From Bacillota bacterium (GTDB lineage: Bacteria > Bacillota > Clostridia > Lachnospirales > Lachnospiraceae): a stretch of 64,000 bases of DNA. Below, piece after piece: positions 60,142 through 64,000 of this stretch (position 1 is the first letter of the stretch; each line of letters starts with the position of its first letter). The notes beneath the pieces were generated by a model. It saw only the letters and a program-made list of their open reading frames with translations. It was not told the origin of the DNA and ran no database searches. Position numbers and translations under genes: made by a program. The stretch spans positions 279,178 to 343,177 of the forward strand of contig JAEYGZ010000027.1 in NCBI GenBank assembly GCA_023409535.1, in the 5' to 3' direction.

Positions 60142-61221
60142 ATGGCAAAATTATTGCTACAATATATCAAGGAACAGCCTGAGGTCTGGGAGCGGATTCT
60201 TGGCGGCAGGGAGCAGATATTTGAAGATTTTATCCATGATACTGGAAATCTTTCTATTGAAAGATTGATTTTTGTTGGTTCGGGAAGCTCGTATCTGGCT
60301 TCTCTTATGGCAGCTGAATTCGCTGACCATGTGTCAGGCTTTGACTGTAAGGTGATGACACCGGCTGAGGTTTTGAGATACCGGGGTTCCTGTGACAGAG
60401 ATAAAACATTAATTCTTGCGTCCTCTCAATCAGGAAAGAGTGTTTCCACAATGAACGCAATACGGGTCTGGAAAGAAGGGGGCTATGTTGTTGCAGGAAT
60501 CACGGCAGATGCCTCCTCCCCGGTTGCGAAGCTGGTGGATCTGCATTATCTGGTTTCCTGCGGGGAAGAAAGGGTGGGACCGAGAACAAAGGGGATGACC
60601 TCCACGGTATTGCTGCTGGAGCTGCTGGTGCTGGCCGCGGCGATGAAAGAAAAACGGATGTCGGGGGAAGTGCTGGAGAGCACCATTTCCCAATTTAAAA
60701 AGGGGATAGAGGCTGCTAAGATCAATATCCCGATTTGCGAGGCGTATTTTAAGAAGAATATCTCTTTGTTCTCACAGCATAAGCATGCCATGATCGTCGC
60801 CGATCCGGAAAGCAGTCTTGCAGCCAGAGAAGGTGCGCTCAAGATGCTTGAGACCTGGTATCTGCCGGTACTCTCCTATGAGGTGGAAGAGTACACCCAT
60901 GGAATACATAATACGATTCAGGAAGGAAGCCTCAATTTGTTTGTGGTATCAGAAGCAGAAAACCGCTCCGGTATGGAAAGTCTGATCGCATACTGTGAAG
61001 AAAAAGGCTGCGACGACTGGGTAATCTCTACGGTGGGAGGACTCCGGACGAAAGCGAACCTCCTGGAGCTTACCAAGGGAGGAGCGGTCTTTACCACACC
61101 CTTTGAGATATTGCCTGCCTTTCAGTATCTGAGTGCTTTTGGTTCCGAGAACAGGGGAATTGAGTGTGATCTGCCTAAATTTAAAGATTTTTATGATTGC
61201 CTGGGAACAAAGACCAGGTAA
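60142..61221 (+). CDS. Double-SIS phosphosugar deaminase/deglycase (GlmS C-terminal/AgaS/FrlB-like)
   Basis: YIKEQP, GSGSS, SQSG.S, TKG..ST, EGALK..E, EEYTHG. Confidence 0.88.
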   Translation: MAKLLLQYIKEQPEVWERILGGREQIFEDFIHDTGNLSIERLIFVGSGSSYLASLMAAEFADHVSGFDCKVMTPAEVLRYRGSCDRDKTLILASSQSGKSVSTMNAIRVWKEGGYVVAGITADASSPVAKLVDLHYLVSCGEERVGPRTKGMTSTVLLLELLVLAAAMKEKRMSGEVLESTISQFKKGIEAAKINIPICEAYFKKNISLFSQHKHAMIVADPESSLAAREGALKMLETWYLPVLSYEVEEYTHGIHNTIQEGSLNLFVVSEAENRSGMESLIAYCEEKGCDDWVISTVGGLRTKANLLELTKGGAVFTTPFEILPAFQYLSAFGSENRGIECDLPKFKDFYDCLGTKTR

Positions 61222-61269
61222 CAAAATACAGGTAACAAAAGCAGGAGACTAAGGGGAAGGAGGCAGATC

Positions 61270-62205
61270 ATGACGAGGTACATTGCCGGATTAGACATTG
61301 GCGGCACAACCGGAAGGATGAAGCTAAAAAACCTGGAGGGTGAATCGCTGGGAGAGGTATATGGGCAGGGCTGCAGTATCAACACGGACGGAGATAAGAA
61401 AAGTGAGGAACGATACAGAAATCTGGTTCTTCCGGCGTTGGAGGAACGTATGTTAACGCCCCGGGACTGTGCAAGCATCTGTATTGCAGCAAGCGGGATT
61501 GACTCTCAGGAATTAAAAGAATCCTGCCTTCGGGCGTTTCTCAATATGGGATTTCAGGAAAAGGCCATACTAATCCAAAATGACTGCGAAATATTTCTGT
61601 ATTTGTCGGAAGCTCCTTCCCTGGTACTAGTGGCAGGAACCGGCTCAATTTGCTATGGTAAGGATGGAACCGGAAGCATTGTTAGAACCGGCGGTTGGGG
61701 GCATATTCTGAGTGACGAAGGCAGCGCATTTTATATTGGCTTGGGTATTATGAAGCATGTGGGCAGTCATATGGACGGAAGAGAGGATTGCCAGGTTCTG
61801 TACGAAGATTTTTACAAACAGACCGGGATTAGGAATTTATCCGAACTCAATGAGTATATTAATGCAAACTTAATGGATAAAGCGGTAATTGCAGCCCTGG
61901 CCCCCCTGGTATCCCGTTCTTTTGAGGCAGGAGAGCATGCGGGAATTTCCATCATCAGGGAAAGTACAGAAGCTTTGGCCGATTTGGTGAAGGATAACTG
62001 CAAAAAGCTGGGGCTTGATCAGGATCAGGAGGTTTCGCTGTGGCTATGGGGGAGTGTACTTCTGGAAAATGAGCACTTAAGAAGGCGATTGGAGAGTCGG
62101 ATCAGGGGCTGCTGTTCCAGGGTGGAAATCAAAATTCCTGAAAAAAGTGCGTTAGACGTGGCGGTTGAGGTGGCCTATTTTAATTATGCCGCTAAACATT
62201 CATAA
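61270..62205 (+). CDS. BadF/BadG/BcrA/BcrD-type (amino)sugar kinase
   Basis: GLDIGGT, ND, VAGTGSICYG, RTGGWGHILSDEGSAF.IG. Confidence 0.88.
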   Translation: MTRYIAGLDIGGTTGRMKLKNLEGESLGEVYGQGCSINTDGDKKSEERYRNLVLPALEERMLTPRDCASICIAASGIDSQELKESCLRAFLNMGFQEKAILIQNDCEIFLYLSEAPSLVLVAGTGSICYGKDGTGSIVRTGGWGHILSDEGSAFYIGLGIMKHVGSHMDGREDCQVLYEDFYKQTGIRNLSELNEYINANLMDKAVIAALAPLVSRSFEAGEHAGISIIRESTEALADLVKDNCKKLGLDQDQEVSLWLWGSVLLENEHLRRRLESRIRGCCSRVEIKIPEKSALDVAVEVAYFNYAAKHS

Positions 62206-62230
62206 CAACTGCTTTTAAGTTGTTATATAC

Positions 62231-62319
62231 GATGACAGCCAGGTCTGAAAGGAGCAAAGGTTACACCGAAGGCTCTGGAGCAAATTATCATCGGACTGCA
62301 GGAGAAGGGATATGATTGA
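62231..62319 (+). pseudogene. Relic of a polysaccharide deacetylase C-terminus
   Basis: 62251-62316 encodes GAKVTPKALEQIIIGLQEKGYD vs GAKYTPDALERVIAGLQEQGYE in the 43037 gene; upstream TGACAGCCAGG is also shared. Confidence 0.75.
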
Positions 62320-62321
62320 AA

Positions 62322-62355
62322 AAATGGGTGAGATCGTTAACGATCTCACCCATTT
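62322..62355. terminator. Perfect 34-bp palindrome between convergent genes
   Basis: AAATGGGTGAGATCGTT-AACGATCTCACCCATTT. Confidence 0.85.
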
Positions 62356-62371
62356 ATGCGCTTATCGTATC

Positions 62372-63163
62372 TCACTCATTTGGCTCTGCACTTTTACGAT
62401 ATTTTGCAGGGCTGGTACCCACCAGCTTTTTAAACTGTCGGTAAAAATGAATTTCATTTGTATAACCGCATATTTCTGCAACCTGTTCAAGCGTTGAATT
62501 ACTGGTAGTCATAATATATTTGGCATATTCAACCCTCATCCGAATGAGATCCTGCTGAAAGGAGATGCCGAAAAGATTTTTATAAAGATATTGGAAATAT
62601 GACTCACTGACATTTAATTCCTGAGCATGTTCCCGGATGCTGTGCTTTTCATAAACTGAGTTCTCCATTTTCAGACGCAAAAGCTGCAGCTGACTTTGGA
62701 AGGGGTTCCTGGTACTGAGACTGTCCTTCGCATCATATGCGGTAATCAGATGGTTGAACAACAGGGTAAACAGGGCGTCCATATTATCCTGAGCAGAAGG
62801 GGACTGGCCATAGGAAAGTTCCCAGAGAATCTGCCGGATGCAAAATGAAAATAAATAATGATTGCCAATGGGAAATGGCTTATTGCTCATAGAGAGGAGC
62901 TGCTGTATAAAAGAAGACTGCTCTATGTCGAAATGCAGCCAGTCATCTACATAATCTCCGTGCGGATTCCCGTAATGATATACGGTATTCGGCGCTATAA
63001 GGATGACTTGAGGAGGGGTTACGGAGAAAAATTCGGTTCCGATTTGAAACTCACCATAGGTTCTGACAATCAAAATGACATAGTTAGGTAAGCCTTTGGT
63101 ACGTGACATTTGAAACGTACTGGGATGCCGGGTCTCACAACCGCCTTTGATTGCTTTTATCAT
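62372..63163 (-). CDS. AraC-family transcriptional regulator
   Basis: DDWLHFD; HTH ...CGYTNEIHFYRQFKKLVGTSPAKYRK. Confidence 0.92.
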   Translation of the reverse strand: MIKAIKGGCETRHPSTFQMSRTKGLPNYVILIVRTYGEFQIGTEFFSVTPPQVILIAPNTVYHYGNPHGDYVDDWLHFDIEQSSFIQQLLSMSNKPFPIGNHYLFSFCIRQILWELSYGQSPSAQDNMDALFTLLFNHLITAYDAKDSLSTRNPFQSQLQLLRLKMENSVYEKHSIREHAQELNVSESYFQYLYKNLFGISFQQDLIRMRVEYAKYIMTTSNSTLEQVAEICGYTNEIHFYRQFKKLVGTSPAKYRKSAEPNE

Positions 63164-63521
63164 GGAAATATTTCCTTTCTGAAAAATTTAATAATAGAAA
63201 AGGTTAGTTTTTCAGTATTATAGGCTATTACTGGCAATATGTCAATGATGTAATATGAAAACAAGGAAAAAGTGAATAATATGTATATGCAAAATTAAGC
63301 GAGTGTATAAAAATGACTATTATATGGTAAAAAATGAATGAAAAATTGTCTAATTTACCAGGAAAGGAAATGGCTGACCAATTAGGGATTTTATAATGAT
63401 TCACATGATCAAGTGATACAGGTTAGTTTTTGCGATAAAGAGCTTTTCCATCGGTAAGGTTAAGAATAAGGAAAGGGGGATCTCGTACGGAGATTTTGGA
63501 CTGATACGAGGAGAAAAGATA

Positions 63522-64000
63522 ATGACGGATTGTAGAAAAGAATGGTTGAATGCTCTTTTAACAATTGTGGGTCCGGTGTTGGACGCACTGGAAAAAGGAG
63601 AACTGAAAAAGAGAATGCCCCTCGCTTTTCATGAGGAGCGCGCCGATTTTGCGCCTCTTGAGGCTTTCGGGCGGAGTATGCTGGGATTGGCACCATGGCT
63701 GGAGGCAGACAGCGGCAGTTTGGGCCCGGAAGAAGGGGGATTACAGAAAACCTACAGAGAAAAGGCAGTTCGCTGCATTGCTATGGCGGCAGATCCGCAG
63801 TCTCCGGATTTTATGAATTTCAGTGCCGGGGGTCAGCCTCTTGTAGATACCGCATTTCTGGCACATGCTCTTGTACGTGCCCCTAAAGTCCTTGCGGAAG
63901 CTCTTCCTCCTGAGGTGCGTCATAACCTCGCGGAAGCCCTGAGAAGCTCCCGGAAAATTGCTGCATATAATTCCAACTGGATATTGTTTACTGCTATGGT
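63522..64000 (+). CDS. DUF2264 family protein, 5' part (runs off window end; absent from ORF track)
   Basis: AGGAG RBS; MTDCRKEWL...LEAFGRSMLGLAPWLE...DPQSPDFMNF...QPLVDTAFLAHALVRAP...NWILF. Confidence 0.85.
   Translation, partial: MTDCRKEWLNALLTIVGPVLDALEKGELKKRMPLAFHEERADFAPLEAFGRSMLGLAPWLEADSGSLGPEEGGLQKTYREKAVRCIAMAADPQSPDFMNFSAGGQPLVDTAFLAHALVRAPKVLAEALPPEVRHNLAEALRSSRKIAAYNSNWILFTAM

Overview
Chromosomal window from an anaerobic, spore-forming Firmicute. It is probably Lachnospiraceae-like, inferred from gene content and order. A conserved core block runs SCIFF precursor/maturase (scfA-scfB), recJ, apt, relA, MBL hydrolase, hemZ, hisS, aspS. Around it are two OmpR-type two-component/envelope modules, an AraC-GH2-GH115 carbohydrate locus, a cobalamin-riboswitch-controlled uptake pair, galM, upp, sdaAB/AA, sporulation genes (LysM-GH18, PdaB-like deacetylase), a PadR-ABC exporter and an apparently intact group II intron. 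The best candidate for an undescribed system is the ~12 kb locus at 50262-62205. It encodes a YheO-type regulator, sugar ABC transporter, fold-type III PLP enzyme, D-aminoacylase homolog, Rid protein, cytoplasmic GH9, SIS-domain enzyme and BadF-type kinase. It reads as a pathway for glycosides of N-acetylated amino-sugar acids, for example oxidised chito-oligosaccharides. Features missing from the ORF track include a candidate C-rich sRNA with an OmpR-type promoter, the 46-aa SCIFF peptide, a frameshifted PD40 gene, a relic of a polysaccharide deacetylase gene, an IS3-like end and several operator motifs. All functional calls are from motif recognition; no database searches were run.
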